Assembly: GCA_020184695.1 (NCBI GenBank)
Contig: JAANOX010000246.1
Span: 124,001 to 188,000, forward strand
Direction of reading: 5' to 3'
Length of the DNA stretch: 64,000 nt
From: Histomonas meleagridis 2922-C6/04-290x
Taxonomy: Eukaryota > Protista > Parabasalia
The position numbers and the translations under genes are program-made. Of the stretch, positions 35,851 to 48,299 are shown in pieces (the first letter of the stretch is position 1; every line of letters starts with the position of its first letter). Under the pieces are notes generated by a model, which saw only the letters and a list, made by a program, of their open reading frames with translations, made no database searches and had not been told where the DNA came from.

Positions 35851-36381
35851 TTATCCATTTTCATCATTTTGCCATAATATCGGAAGTGGATCAGATGGGA
35901 TATCGCTTGATGACGATGTATCATTGTTTTCACTTACTAAATATTGATAGGGGTCTGAATCAGATAATGAAGAATCCGATTTTATCATATCTCCCATATT
36001 ACTTCTCTTATCTTCGATGAGATCTAGCCTGCGCGCAGCTTCTTTTTGAATTGAATGTCGATGCGAATGTATTATTTCTTGAAATATATTAATTTTCTGT
36101 ACAACTTTACATTGAATCACGGAATTCTTCCTTATTCCATAAGCACCTAAGAATACAGATGGGTTTAGCATCTCTCCATTATAGAATAAATATATCTTTT
36201 CATCGGAAAAACAAGAGAATTTCAGAAAATTCTCCAAATCTTCACCTGTTGAATATCTATTAATCCTTACTGGTAGTAGAGCTCCTGGTAGCCATTCTAT
36301 TAAAACTTTCACCTCGTCATTCATTAGGGTTGGCTTCAAGATGATTTTTAAAGCAAAAAACGAAAGCGCCGATAGTGTCAT
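35851..36381 (-). CDS. Ubiquitin-like domain protein
   Basis: IYLFYNGEMLNPSVFLGAYGIRKNSVIQC resembles the ubiquitin-fold C-terminal half; CGTTAAAAAATG start context. Confidence 0.6.
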   Translation of the reverse strand: MTLSALSFFALKIILKPTLMNDEVKVLIEWLPGALLPVRINRYSTGEDLENFLKFSCFSDEKIYLFYNGEMLNPSVFLGAYGIRKNSVIQCKVVQKINIFQEIIHSHRHSIQKEAARRLDLIEDKRSNMGDMIKSDSSLSDSDPYQYLVSENNDTSSSSDIPSDPLPILWQNDENG

Positions 36382-36902
36382 TTTTTAACGTTCTCATTGA
36401 AATCCGATTTGAACACAATATAACGCTGGAATAAAAACTTTTTCAAAGGGAATTCTGTTGAAGCCGTTTTACAATTGGTCAAATCATTTCAAACTTTACA
36501 TCAGATTTGTGTAAACTTTAACACACATTTGAAATGAATCAAAAAGACTTAAAAAGGAAATCGGAAAAAAACCAAATTTATCATAAAATAACTAAATATA
36601 TTTCGATAATATAAAAAAACAAATCATTTAATATCTTAATTTATAAAAAAATTCATATTTAACTTTGAAATATCATTTTAAAAATAAAAAAATTTATTGT
36701 TTGTGCACAAACGGTCGCACTATTCAAAAAGTAAATCTCTGCAAAAAGTTGTATCGAATGTTTATTATCACTTTTTGAATGGTTATAAACATATTTTTGA
36801 GTGGTGTACACATTGTCATAAACTAAAAGTGAATCAAAGTAAGTGATCGTTTTCATCACAATTTTCAAAGACGATAAACATTGAGTATTCATTTTTTTCA
36901 TT

Positions 36903-39900
36903 TTACTTTCCTTGTCTTGCTTCCTTAGCAAGTTTTTCTGCTTCCTCCAAAGCCTTTCTTGCTGCGACAACCTTAGCCTCTGCGTTCAACTTCGCGATCA
37001 TACCACTCAATGGCCTTCTAGCACCTGCAATACCTCCAGCGACAGACTTTTGTTGTGCCTTCTTTTCAGCGTCCATTGCAGTTTCAGCGAATTGTCTAAG
37101 TTGTTTGATTAAGTTCTGTACTGAGTCTGTCATCTTATGCAAAGTCACATTTAATTCAGGCGAACCACCTTTTTGGTTATTTTCTACTAAGAAGTGTGCT
37201 ACTGCCTGACTGATCAAGTTACATCCAGCCAATATCTTTGGCATAGCGTCTGGCTCATTATTTACAGTCGCTTCAGCAGCCACAGTAATTAATTCCAATG
37301 AATCCACCAAGTTATTAGCAGTATTAATCAAACCTTTTTGGTTAATAATTTCCGGATTCTTTTGTAACACGAATTTAGTTTGAGCTTGTGCTACTTCGAT
37401 TAACTTGGCAGCGTTATTTAATATTGGCGCACTTACTTCAATGATATCACAACCTAAGTAATTATCACCAATTGTAAGTTTCTTTTCTGCAGCAGTGGAC
37501 TTCAATGACATTAATCTTTGCATTGATGATTGACAAGCACGTGCAGCAATGACTAATTCCTTTTCAACTTCATTTGTTACAGACAAATCAGCTTCAGCGG
37601 ATTTAATTGTTGCGTCGACAGCGTTCATAGTTTGTTCTAATGCTGTTTCAGCCGTAGCCAAAAATGCAGCAACAGAATCTCTCCAACCTTCAGATCCCAT
37701 TAATCTATTACGTGTTGCATCGATACATATATCACCAGCGTTAATTAATGCGTTACGAGCTTTCAATAATTGATTTTGACATTGAGGGTTCCATGTTGAA
37801 GTTTGCATATTTGAAGTTGGGATAATTAATTCTGATAATTGAGTTTGGAATTCATTAAATTCCTTTTGGATTTGTTCCGCAGATGTCTTCGATCCATTTA
37901 ATGATGAAATTAATTTCTCTAATGATGATTTAACTAATTTCTGTTTGTTATCAATTATTGGTTGAAGTTGAGCTATTTCTGTTGGTGAAGTTTCTGGTAT
38001 TGTTGGAACTTTAAATCTAAATGGTAATGAATTAGCAACCTTAGGTTGTGGTACTACTTCTGTATTAAGTGAATCACTTACAGCTACACGAATATCATTA
38101 ACTAACTTAGATAACTTAGTTGGAATATCTGTAGTTAATGATGACGCATCTTCAGTAAGTTGTCCAAATAATCCTTGCAAATCATTAATCATTCCTAAGA
38201 TATCTTCTTGTTCTTCTGCTCCTTTAGTAACTGTTTTAACTCCACCAATGAACTTTTGTAATCCTAAGTTTAATGATGAACAAACTTTTCCAAACTTTAA
38301 TGGTTTAGCACTTGAATTTTCTGTTGAAAGTTGTGCAAGTTTAAAGATATCTCCCATTAATTGATTAGACATAGCATGATAATCTTCAGATGATGGCTGA
38401 ATTACACTTACTGGAGTTTCTACAATTTCATCAGCTAATTCTGCAATATGACCTAATGCCATATTAATTTCTCTATTTGCCTTATTAACAGCTCTAATTT
38501 GAGCATTTTTATTTGATGATGTTGGGACTTTAGATACTATATCTGAATATGAATTTAATAACTCCAAAAGTTTTGTAGATTCTTCTTGTAATTCACTTGA
38601 TGTATCTTTATTAGTTTCTCCACGTTTAGAAGCAGCTATTAAAGATATATTTGAAAGTTCTAAAGCTTTCGAACGTAATAAGTTGACTTTCTTTTGTATC
38701 TCTGGTAAATTAGCTTCAGTAGCTTTCTTAAGATCATTTGAAATTTCGGTACCTAATGATACTACTTCACTATTTAAGTCCATAATTTTATCTGATATTT
38801 GTTCTGAATCTAATTCTTGGACATCATCAGTACCTATTACCATATCTTCAAGTTGATCAATTAATTGTGCTAAATCAAAATCGCCATTAACTTCTTCACC
38901 ATTACCATCTTTCGATTGATTAATATTTGATACATATCTATGTAATTTAGATTGTACTGAATCAGGATCATCTAATGGATTCGATTGACCTGACATTAAT
39001 TTTTGTACTAAGTTCGCAAATAATGCTTGTTGTAATAAGTCATGAACTTCTTCTTTATTATTTGGATTCTTCTTTAATGTTTCTTTAAGTTTTTCTAATT
39101 TTTGTAATGAGATTTCTTCTGGATTACCATTAATTGCATTAATTAATGTTTCTAATTGTGAATATGCTAATTTTGGATTTGATTTCATTAACATTGAAAT
39201 ATCTCCAACAAGATTAGATAACATTAATTTAACTGGATCTTTATAATTCTCATTAATATATTGCGCTAAATTCATTAATATTTGTGGGGTTTCTTTAGCC
39301 TTTTCTTCATTATTATATTGCTTAAGTTTATCAAACATAGTTAATAATGATGAAGATTTGATTTCTTCTGGTGGTATAAATTCGAGTCCTTTCTTAATTT
39401 GTTCTTGTTCTTGTTGAATTCGTTGAGCAATTTCTTTAAGTTTATCAACAACGTCTTTGTTATTAGGATCATTACGATATTGTTCGAATAATTTCTTAAA
39501 TTCATCAACATCTTCTTTAAGTGCATTAATGTTCTTAGATAATAATGGACGAATAGATTCATTCTCTGATTGCATAACATCGATAAACATCTTTTCAATT
39601 TCATCTTCATTTGGTATATGATCGATAAATTGTTCATATTTAGGCTTCTTGCTTTCTTCTTCTTCTTTAAGTTGTTGTTCTTTTTGTAATTGTTCTTTTC
39701 TCTTTTCTTCTTCTTCTTGTTTCTTCTTATTATCAACTTCTCCACCAATAGATTGTACTTCTGAGATAAGTTTATCACTAACAGGTTTAAGTTGTTGATT
39801 CATACCTAAAATGTTATCAAGCATTTGATTTAATACTGGGATTTGTGATGTATCACCTGAAGCGATTCTAGCTGTAGCATCACCAATAGAATTAGCTATT

Positions 39901-42437
39901 ATTCTAAGTTGTTCTGCTAATGGCTTTAATTGTTCTACTTTCTCTAATGCATCAGCATATTCATAAAGTGAAGATATTAATTGTTGTCCTACTTGTGATA
40001 CTTGAGTAGGATCATTCATGACTTGTTTAAGCATATTAATCTTGTTTTCGACATCATTAGTAGTATCTTTAAGTAAGAATCCAATTAATGAATTCATTGG
40101 TAATTCTCCTTCTGTTGTAATTGAGCCAACATAAGTCATTAATTGTGCTAATAATGTTAACGTTTGTGTAATACTATTAATACCTGCTTTAAGTTGTGCT
40201 GGAGCTTGTGCATGTTTAAGGATTTCTTGTGATTCTTTAAGTAATTCAAATGAAGGCTTAAAGACATCTCGACTTGCTGCTATTAATCCTAATATATAAT
40301 TACGATCATATATACCAAATGGTGGTGGATTATTTAATTTCTCTTGAATTGCTTTAATTCCTTCATTAATAATATTCTTAAGTTCACAGAAATGTTGATA
40401 ATATTGTTCTGATTGAACAGTAGCAGCAGATGTAATCATATCAATGAATGGTCCCATATATTGAGTAAATGCATCAACACAATGTTTATAATTAAGTTGT
40501 AATGCAAGTCGAAATGTTTGTGGGGCACCTGATATATCATAAGAAAAGACTTCTAACTCATTAATTAATGGTAATATATCTTGTGGTATATTCGGATTAT
40601 TTAATGAGCCATGTAATGCCTTTAATAATGACTTAAGTTTATCCGATTCTTTAACACATGATATAACATTTTGTGGATTAGTAGAATTACTATTACTACT
40701 AAAGACATTAGCTGATTGGCGAATAGAATCCATAAAGACTGAATAAACACCAATAAATTGTTGACGTGTTTCTAATGGTAATTCTTCTTTTCGTTTGTTT
40801 AATACCATACATGTATCAACAAGTGTTTTCATATTATTTGGATAAAATCGTACAACATTATCTGCTAATAATTGTCGTGCTAAGACTAATTGCTTAATAA
40901 TTGGATTAGATGTATCTAAACAACATAATGCAAATAAGAAGTTAGCTGTTAATATTCCAACTTTGTTTCGAAGTAAAACATTGTTTTGATTTAAGATAAA
41001 TAACTTAAATCCATCAACAAATTCTAATAAACTCTTTGAGATAGCATCTCGTTGTTGAATTAATTTAGCTTTTTGATCAGCATTTGTTAAATGATTTAAT
41101 TTAATTTGTACAAATGCACTAAATTCGGAATATTCAGTATTAAGACTTTGAATGTTTTCATTGATGTCTTCAATTGTTGCACCTGTCTTAAGGATTTGTG
41201 ATAATATTCTTCCAGCAATTTCCATTGTTGGCTTAGCTGCTTCTGATAATTCGGATGGTGCAAGTTGTCCAAGTGTTTGAAACACAGAGAATTTACGATC
41301 TTGTTTCATGGCTGCTATAAGTTTATCCATTTCTTGGTCATATTCTATGTTTAAGCGTTGAAGTGTTTCAAATAATGGTACAAGTTGTGTATTAACTACG
41401 TTTTGGAATGGTATTGGTAAATCAGGTTGAATTTGTACTAATGATTGTAATAATGGTGCAAAGAATTGCCCAATACTTTCATGTGCTGTCTTTGAATCTT
41501 CAATAGCTTTCTCAAACTTATCTCGGAAACGCATTATGTTAAATACTGGAGCAAAGATATCATATCCAAATTTGGCCATTCGTTCAAGGACTTGCGCAAG
41601 GATTTGTAACGAACTGGGTGAATACATTCCAATCTTAAGGGATAATAAACAAATACTTGCAACTGAGGATGAATATTGTTGTGCATATTGTTGGAAATGA
41701 ATATATGCTTCTTCATTAAATGAAGGCATGAAGCTATCAAGAATCTTTTGTTGGAGAAGGCCATAAAGTTCAACTTGCTTTTGAATGGTTTCATTCGCTG
41801 TCTTGACAGATGCAATAAATGTTTGTTCTAAATCATTGGTGGGTTGATGATTCATAAATGCAATCCTATATGCATCACCGTTTTGAATGGCTGCAATGAT
41901 TTGGTTGGTAAGTTGATCAAGATATGGGCGAACTTCAGAAATGATGGAATATTCTGACGGGATTTGTTGGTTTTCAAGATCAGCTGCTGAAGCAAGTGTT
42001 TGGATGATAGAAATATAGTCAAGGATACTGTATGCTACTTTGGAATAGACGGCTTCACTAACTTTTGCATTGATGTAATCAATTGTCGTTTGAAGAAATT
42101 CTTCAATGAAGCCTGGGATAGAAGCAACGTACCTCTTAAGCTCCTCGAAGTAAAAGGCTAATGTTGAGTTGCCATAAATAACTTGAGCCATAGCATCACC
42201 TGGTGGAAGTTCTTTTGGATAACCAAATGAAATAGCTTTTGCAAAAAGTATTGCTGAAGCAATATTGTCAACACTATTAAATATCTCTTGAGGAAGCCCG
42301 TTTCTCTGAATTACATCTCTAACAAGAGCATTAGAGAATGATTGTGCAGTGAGTTGGACTTCAATCTCTTGGAGCACTCCATTAGCTGGAGTTATGGCGC
42401 GGTTCAAGCCATTAATAAGCTCTGTTATGTTCGTCAT
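36903..42437 (-). CDS. Talin/vinculin-like helical-bundle protein with C-terminal I/LWEQ-like actin-binding domain
   Basis: 1844-aa Ala/Leu/Gln-rich helical ORF. The C-terminus QKGLINTANNLVDSLELITVAAEATV...IAKLNAEAKVVAARKALEEAEK resembles the talin I/LWEQ and dimerisation helix. TCATTT Inr directly upstream. Confidence 0.65.
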   Translation of the reverse strand: MTNITELINGLNRAITPANGVLQEIEVQLTAQSFSNALVRDVIQRNGLPQEIFNSVDNIASAILFAKAISFGYPKELPPGDAMAQVIYGNSTLAFYFEELKRYVASIPGFIEEFLQTTIDYINAKVSEAVYSKVAYSILDYISIIQTLASAADLENQQIPSEYSIISEVRPYLDQLTNQIIAAIQNGDAYRIAFMNHQPTNDLEQTFIASVKTANETIQKQVELYGLLQQKILDSFMPSFNEEAYIHFQQYAQQYSSSVASICLLSLKIGMYSPSSLQILAQVLERMAKFGYDIFAPVFNIMRFRDKFEKAIEDSKTAHESIGQFFAPLLQSLVQIQPDLPIPFQNVVNTQLVPLFETLQRLNIEYDQEMDKLIAAMKQDRKFSVFQTLGQLAPSELSEAAKPTMEIAGRILSQILKTGATIEDINENIQSLNTEYSEFSAFVQIKLNHLTNADQKAKLIQQRDAISKSLLEFVDGFKLFILNQNNVLLRNKVGILTANFLFALCCLDTSNPIIKQLVLARQLLADNVVRFYPNNMKTLVDTCMVLNKRKEELPLETRQQFIGVYSVFMDSIRQSANVFSSNSNSTNPQNVISCVKESDKLKSLLKALHGSLNNPNIPQDILPLINELEVFSYDISGAPQTFRLALQLNYKHCVDAFTQYMGPFIDMITSAATVQSEQYYQHFCELKNIINEGIKAIQEKLNNPPPFGIYDRNYILGLIAASRDVFKPSFELLKESQEILKHAQAPAQLKAGINSITQTLTLLAQLMTYVGSITTEGELPMNSLIGFLLKDTTNDVENKINMLKQVMNDPTQVSQVGQQLISSLYEYADALEKVEQLKPLAEQLRIIANSIGDATARIASGDTSQIPVLNQMLDNILGMNQQLKPVSDKLISEVQSIGGEVDNKKKQEEEEKRKEQLQKEQQLKEEEESKKPKYEQFIDHIPNEDEIEKMFIDVMQSENESIRPLLSKNINALKEDVDEFKKLFEQYRNDPNNKDVVDKLKEIAQRIQQEQEQIKKGLEFIPPEEIKSSSLLTMFDKLKQYNNEEKAKETPQILMNLAQYINENYKDPVKLMLSNLVGDISMLMKSNPKLAYSQLETLINAINGNPEEISLQKLEKLKETLKKNPNNKEEVHDLLQQALFANLVQKLMSGQSNPLDDPDSVQSKLHRYVSNINQSKDGNGEEVNGDFDLAQLIDQLEDMVIGTDDVQELDSEQISDKIMDLNSEVVSLGTEISNDLKKATEANLPEIQKKVNLLRSKALELSNISLIAASKRGETNKDTSSELQEESTKLLELLNSYSDIVSKVPTSSNKNAQIRAVNKANREINMALGHIAELADEIVETPVSVIQPSSEDYHAMSNQLMGDIFKLAQLSTENSSAKPLKFGKVCSSLNLGLQKFIGGVKTVTKGAEEQEDILGMINDLQGLFGQLTEDASSLTTDIPTKLSKLVNDIRVAVSDSLNTEVVPQPKVANSLPFRFKVPTIPETSPTEIAQLQPIIDNKQKLVKSSLEKLISSLNGSKTSAEQIQKEFNEFQTQLSELIIPTSNMQTSTWNPQCQNQLLKARNALINAGDICIDATRNRLMGSEGWRDSVAAFLATAETALEQTMNAVDATIKSAEADLSVTNEVEKELVIAARACQSSMQRLMSLKSTAAEKKLTIGDNYLGCDIIEVSAPILNNAAKLIEVAQAQTKFVLQKNPEIINQKGLINTANNLVDSLELITVAAEATVNNEPDAMPKILAGCNLISQAVAHFLVENNQKGGSPELNVTLHKMTDSVQNLIKQLRQFAETAMDAEKKAQQKSVAGGIAGARRPLSGMIAKLNAEAKVVAARKALEEAEKLAKEARQGK

Positions 42438-42989
42438 CTTTAAATGAGGTGAAATAGAAAAAGCGAATTATTTCGACTTTTTGAGATAAAGACTTTTTCA
42501 TAACGGTTTTCCCAACACACAAGATTCCATACAAAAGCCGTCAAGAATGGATTAAAAAAGTTGGAAATTGAATCGAGAACGATAAATTTATCATTATCAT
42601 GTTTCTGTTTCATACTTAAAATTTCGTATCTGAAATTATAATTTTCGAAAATATTTATATGTTATCGATATAATTCTTCAAGTGTTATAATATCATTACA
42701 ATGAACGATCATTCATTTATTAGTATCATGAATTACTCATTCTGCCGTTGATTACGTTGCAGTTATAATCGCGTGTATTCAATTTTGGCGCGAAAATTTA
42801 ATTGAATTATTTGTGAACAGTTTTACATTTTATAACATTTTTAAAAATCATTTTTGTTGATGAATTTTTGTTTTTTAAGATGGAAGAATTTTATTCACAC
42901 TTAGAATATCGTAATACTATTTACAAATATCAAAAAATATAAATGACATTATAAACAAGGTTTATTATAAAAACAAAAAATTTTCCATT

Positions 42990-45900
42990 TTAAGTTTGGA
43001 AATTCATATGAATTTCATTCATCAATCTCTGGTAAGAATCGATAAAGAAATGTAATTTATTTTGATCACCTCCTAACTCATTCGAGATATTCGCAGCGAA
43101 GTTATCATCCATTGGATATTTCATACTAATATTTTGTAATAAAACGCTCCAAACGATGACTGCAATATTCATTTTCTGTATATTTACATAAGGCTGAGCT
43201 ACAGCTTCAATTATTGCATGAACAAACATATCTTTTTGTTGTGTGTCCATTATATGTGTTAATCCGCATAAGTAATGGAAAACATGAACACTATATTGAG
43301 GTTTTCGAGTTAAAGGAATACATTTCAAGAACAAAGGTAATGTTTCTTGAATAGGAAAATCGCCACCAATAACTTGACATACTAAAGAACAAATAGAAGC
43401 AACGAGACAATCTCTTTCTTTAGAAGGTATATCTTGTTCCATTTGTAATCGTTTTATTAAAGAATCCATTATATTCATTGCGAAGTTTTTGATCAAATTA
43501 GTTTTAGTGACATTAACTGAAAGTAAATAAATTAGTTCTGTTATCATTGATGACTTTTGGTTTGAACCATTAAGGATCATAGAATTAATAAATGAAATTT
43601 TAGATACAAATGAATCGGAATTTATTAATTCGGTATATCTTTCTAATATTATAAAGATTGTCTTAATTGAGAAATCTTGAACATAAGGTTTAGTTATTAT
43701 TAACAATAAAAAGTTAAACACATTTCCTATTAATTGCATATCTTCACTTGCACTAATTAATGTAATAAAAGGAATTTGTATTTCTGCTAATATTTCGCCT
43801 AATTCAAAACTTGAAGCATAATCAACTTCATTAATTATTGTTATTATTTTATGTATCAATGAATTTATTATTGTTGGTTTAATGATATCATTTCCAAAAT
43901 AAAAAATCGAATTCATTATAACTTTTAAATAATAACTTAAACTATCATAATCATTAGGGATTAAATCTTGATAACATTTTTCGATAAGTGGTTGAATTTG
44001 TTCCTTTTGTAAAAAACATAAAATTGTTGATAATGAATTCATTGAAGCTTCAATACATATTGGAAATATAAAATAATTCGACAGATACAAAATTACATTA
44101 TAAATTTTTAATATTAATTCTTCTTGCTTTAAGTTTTTCGATATTTTACTTAAAATATTTAATGCAAGTGAGCCTGATTTAATTGATGGTTGAATTGGTA
44201 TATTTTCTGTTGTATATAATTCTAATTGATTTATTATATTCTTATTAATGTTAACTAATAGTTCTTTAATAATAGGATCTAGAAAACAAAATAAATTAGT
44301 TTTATATGTTTTAAATAATACTATAAAACATTTCATTACTTCAATTGAACTTTCAGAATCATTTGTATTAATTCCATTTATTATAAATTGTATCACATTA
44401 GGTAAATGTGGAATAAGTAAATCACTTGCACATATCGCTAAACTTGATATAGACTCAAATATTATGGAATAAGTTGATTCTAATGAAATTGGATTCGAAC
44501 AAATACTTTCAATGTATTGATAAATTTGCTCAAAATTTAGATTCACAAAAGATTTCGAATTCCGAATGATTTGTGTTAGGAATAATTGACCATAAAATAC
44601 GAATTTTTGATTTTGATTCGAAATTAAATGTTGCAAAAACTTAAAGACAATAGGAAATATTTCATCTGTATTATTAATCACAAATAATACATTTAAAAAA
44701 AGTTTAAAATCATCTGGACAAAAATTTATAAGATGATTTTGAATAATATTAATAACTAATATTGGTTCTTGATTGATAATAGGCTCAAAAAATTGAATAA
44801 GTCTTTCATCAAGACATGTGCTTGCAACTTTGTGCACGAAAACTGAGTTTGATTGGAGAGCGATCAAAAACAATTCAAAAAGTTTCTTCATATGTGGCTG
44901 AAAAACTCGTTGAGAAGATGAAATAACTGCAGCACGAATTAAAATAAATGAAAAAGAGCTAACTCCTTGATCACTAGAAGATGTCAATTCCTCAACTAAC
45001 ATGAATATGTTTTGTAATAAAATATTTGAATCAATCTGAGAAAATGAAAGCTTTAAAAATGCAAAAATATCAGTAAATCGATCAAAAGGATCATCAATAT
45101 CACTACTATCAAACAAAAAACGATAAATCATCTGCTCCATTTTGATAACATTTGGAACGTCCGAAAAAATTCGTTTAATATCAATTGTTGCTGTTAGCAA
45201 ATTCACCAAAAGGAATTCGTGAAGCTGTATTACGTAGCTATGTGAATAATTCGTTGACTGAAGAATTTGCATGATATATGGAATAGATTCTTTAAATGGA
45301 AATAAAGTTCCTCCTTTGTCAGTGTATTTGCTAACTGCACAAGTTATGAATGTCAATCTTGTAAAATCATTTGAAGAAATTGATTCAATAAAAAGCTTGA
45401 AAAAAGATTGTGAAATACGTGAAACGACTTCAATTTTTCCTTGGAGTAGTGCCTCTATGTGTGCGAGGAAAAATATTGATTGTTTTTCTTCTTCAATATC
45501 AGATGATTCCAATCCTTGAATTTCAAAATTTATAAAAGATTCTATACTACTTTGAACAAGCTCACTAGGAATAGTGTCATATAATATGTTTAAAATGGCT
45601 AATCGTTGAGAATTATTTGTTATTGATAGTGCATAATTTCCGAGATCGAGCCAAAACCCATCTGTTTTTTTTAAGAGCTCCTCAATCACCCCTAACATAA
45701 GTTTGGTTAAATCAGGATCATTTTCTTGAGATAAAAAACTTAAAATGCGTTGATGAAACTGCTCAATTAAATTTGGATCTGTTATTGATTTTTGAGATCT
45801 TAAAAATATTGTGATTAAAATTAATGCATATTTAATAATAACTTGATCCTTTTCATTTAAGATTAAAAATAATGATTGAATTGTTGTTTCATTATAAACA

Positions 45901-46001
45901 ATTTTTTGTAACTCCCTATCCGCACTCTGTGCAGTGTCAGGGAATCTAAGCCTTTGGAAAAGATCAATGAGATACTGGGGTGTGTATTGGTTCGTATTCA
46001 T
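42990..46001 (-). CDS. Importin-beta/karyopherin-like HEAT-repeat protein
   Basis: 1003-aa all-helical ORF; N-terminus (LRFPDTAQSADRELQKI...IIKYALILI) resembles IBN_N. Confidence 0.6.
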   Translation of the reverse strand: MNTNQYTPQYLIDLFQRLRFPDTAQSADRELQKIVYNETTIQSLFLILNEKDQVIIKYALILITIFLRSQKSITDPNLIEQFHQRILSFLSQENDPDLTKLMLGVIEELLKKTDGFWLDLGNYALSITNNSQRLAILNILYDTIPSELVQSSIESFINFEIQGLESSDIEEEKQSIFFLAHIEALLQGKIEVVSRISQSFFKLFIESISSNDFTRLTFITCAVSKYTDKGGTLFPFKESIPYIMQILQSTNYSHSYVIQLHEFLLVNLLTATIDIKRIFSDVPNVIKMEQMIYRFLFDSSDIDDPFDRFTDIFAFLKLSFSQIDSNILLQNIFMLVEELTSSSDQGVSSFSFILIRAAVISSSQRVFQPHMKKLFELFLIALQSNSVFVHKVASTCLDERLIQFFEPIINQEPILVINIIQNHLINFCPDDFKLFLNVLFVINNTDEIFPIVFKFLQHLISNQNQKFVFYGQLFLTQIIRNSKSFVNLNFEQIYQYIESICSNPISLESTYSIIFESISSLAICASDLLIPHLPNVIQFIINGINTNDSESSIEVMKCFIVLFKTYKTNLFCFLDPIIKELLVNINKNIINQLELYTTENIPIQPSIKSGSLALNILSKISKNLKQEELILKIYNVILYLSNYFIFPICIEASMNSLSTILCFLQKEQIQPLIEKCYQDLIPNDYDSLSYYLKVIMNSIFYFGNDIIKPTIINSLIHKIITIINEVDYASSFELGEILAEIQIPFITLISASEDMQLIGNVFNFLLLIITKPYVQDFSIKTIFIILERYTELINSDSFVSKISFINSMILNGSNQKSSMITELIYLLSVNVTKTNLIKNFAMNIMDSLIKRLQMEQDIPSKERDCLVASICSLVCQVIGGDFPIQETLPLFLKCIPLTRKPQYSVHVFHYLCGLTHIMDTQQKDMFVHAIIEAVAQPYVNIQKMNIAVIVWSVLLQNISMKYPMDDNFAANISNELGGDQNKLHFFIDSYQRLMNEIHMNFQT

Positions 46002-46689
46002 TGGTTGTTTTCCAATTCAATTAACTGTTCACTTCATTATGTTTTGGATTCCATTTTTCCATTTAAATTAAAAACAATCAACAAACCATCGCCAAAAACA
46101 CTAAAACAACTTTCATTACATAGTATAATAGTTTTAAGATGATTAAAAAAAAAAGTTCAATTTGTAAATTTAATTTACATTATTGTTCAAAACTACTCAT
46201 TATCTTTAGACCTAACTATTGTTGATTAAATATAGACATTTCTTGTTGCAAAAGTAAGTGTATTTGTAATGTTTTTGTTTTTTGATGATATTACTTTTCC
46301 TTGTGAATTGATTTAACGTCTTTTTTGCACGTTAATTTTTTTTTCTTCATTCAAATGGAAATAATAAGGTATTACCACAGATAAAAGTAGTACTTCTAAG
46401 TGTAAACAGAATATACTTATTCAAAATTTTTAATATCTTTCTTTTGATTTTTTTTAAATGCATCTCTACCACATCATCCATAAATTTCCAATTTATTCAT
46501 TAGCTTCTTGTAAGGTGTTTATTATTTGGATAGAACTATTGTAAAGATATCTTATTAAAAACAAAGAAAAAAGCATTTTTTATGAAATCCATCATTTCTC
46601 GATAATTTTTTGATGAATTATTTTTTTTTCAACTAAATTGACAAGGTTTGTCTGTAGCAAAAAACAATTGCACAAAAATCTTGAGAAAA

Positions 46690-47243
46690 CAAAAAGAGTA
46701 CAAAGTCAGTATGGAGTAGTGGGTAAAACTTCTTTAGCAATAACATACAAGCAAGGCGTTTTCCCAAATACCAAATATATTCCAACAAATTTAGATAACT
46801 ATCAAAAAGATGTTAATTACAAAGAAAAAATAATTAAACTAAGCATTTGGGATACAGGCAGTGGAAATGATTATTCCAATTAAATATTCAGGTGCTAAAG
46901 TTATTCTTCTTTGTTTTTCACTTGTGGATCCAAATTCATTAAAATCTGTAACAAAACAATGGGTTCCAGAAATAAGACACTACTGTACTGATGTTCCTAT
47001 TGTTTTAGTAGGTACGAAATCCGATCATCGGGATGAACCAAATCCTGATGACATTTGTTTTACCGCCTATTTCTTCTGATAGAGGACAACTAAAAGCAAA
47101 TGAAATCGGTGCATCTTCTTATATTGAATGTTCTTCTAAAACTGTGTATATGTGAATGAAACTTTTCAACTTGCATCAAAAGGAAAAAATCCCGAAAAGG
47201 TAAATCACTTAATCACGAAAAAGAAGTTTGTAAAGTTTTTTAA
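46690..47243 (+). pseudogene. Rac/Rho-family GTPase, frameshifted with damaged 5' end
   Basis: VGKTSLAITY...YIPTNLDNY...LSIWDTG / YSGAKVILLCFSLVDPNSL...WVPEIRHYC..VPIVLVGTKSD / IGASSYIECSSK / CKVF* (CaaX), spread over several frames. Confidence 0.8.
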
Positions 47244-48299
47244 AGTTGTATAATCTACGAAGTATTTTTTGATTTGGTTAATGAACTTTTAGCTAAAAGG
47301 TAGCATAAAATAATTTGGATATCCATATCTGGAATCAGAATAACATAAAAGTCTCCATGCATAGCTTTCAGTTGCTATAAAATTTAATATTATTAAATGA
47401 TCTTTGGGTAAATCCCTTTTGAGATTTTGACACTGTGCCATCCAAACATCACCTAAAGCTGAATTTCAGTTGTGATGTATGTGGAATTGGGATTGATATA
47501 ATTCCTTGAGTAATTTCATACGGAAGATGCTTTTGCTTTTTATTAATTCTTTCACTTAATGAAGCCGTACATCATTTATTGTTCTATTTGAACATTTAGG
47601 CGAATATTTACAATATGTTGTGCAATGTTTAAACTGCAATGCGATCAAGTCTAATTTCATTACCAAAAATACATCCAATAACAACATATCCGAGCAATAT
47701 ACTGATCTTTTTTACCATTCAGATTATAATCTCAAAAATATAACATTATAATTTCGCATGTCTTCCAATTCATATATTTAAATGTAGGACATCTACGGTA
47801 TTCAATTTAGAAAAGAGTTTTCAGTTTTCTTATATTTAATATAGATAGATAATGTAAAGTTGGTTTCATGATTTCATTCTGTATTATAAAATTATACCCT
47901 TTTCAGCATTTGCAACAAAACAATGTATAATTTAATTTTTAAATATTTTTATTGATGAGAGCTTCAAGAAGCTTGGTCAATAACATAAACAATGAAGTTA
48001 ACAAAGTTTTGAATACTCAACCAAACCGATCAATTCCAACACAATTTTAATAACCGCCGGCATTTGACAACGATAAACATACAGCCTGTGATTTCATCCG
48101 GACGGTTATATAAGACTGTACAAAAGCTTTATCAATTTCCGGTGAATTATATTCAAAAATCTGATCTGACAGAAAAAATGTCAGGAACTTCCACACAATT
48201 TTGAGAAGGAGAAAATCGTTTCCGATCAGATCAATTTTTTTCTTCCAATTAATAAACTACACAATTAACCGTTACATCTTTTCGTCATATTTTTTTTTG

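Noticed and set aside
47280-47800. Possible degenerate transposase remnant on the minus strand
   Set aside because: Only weak protein-like stretches and no diagnostic DDE motifs.
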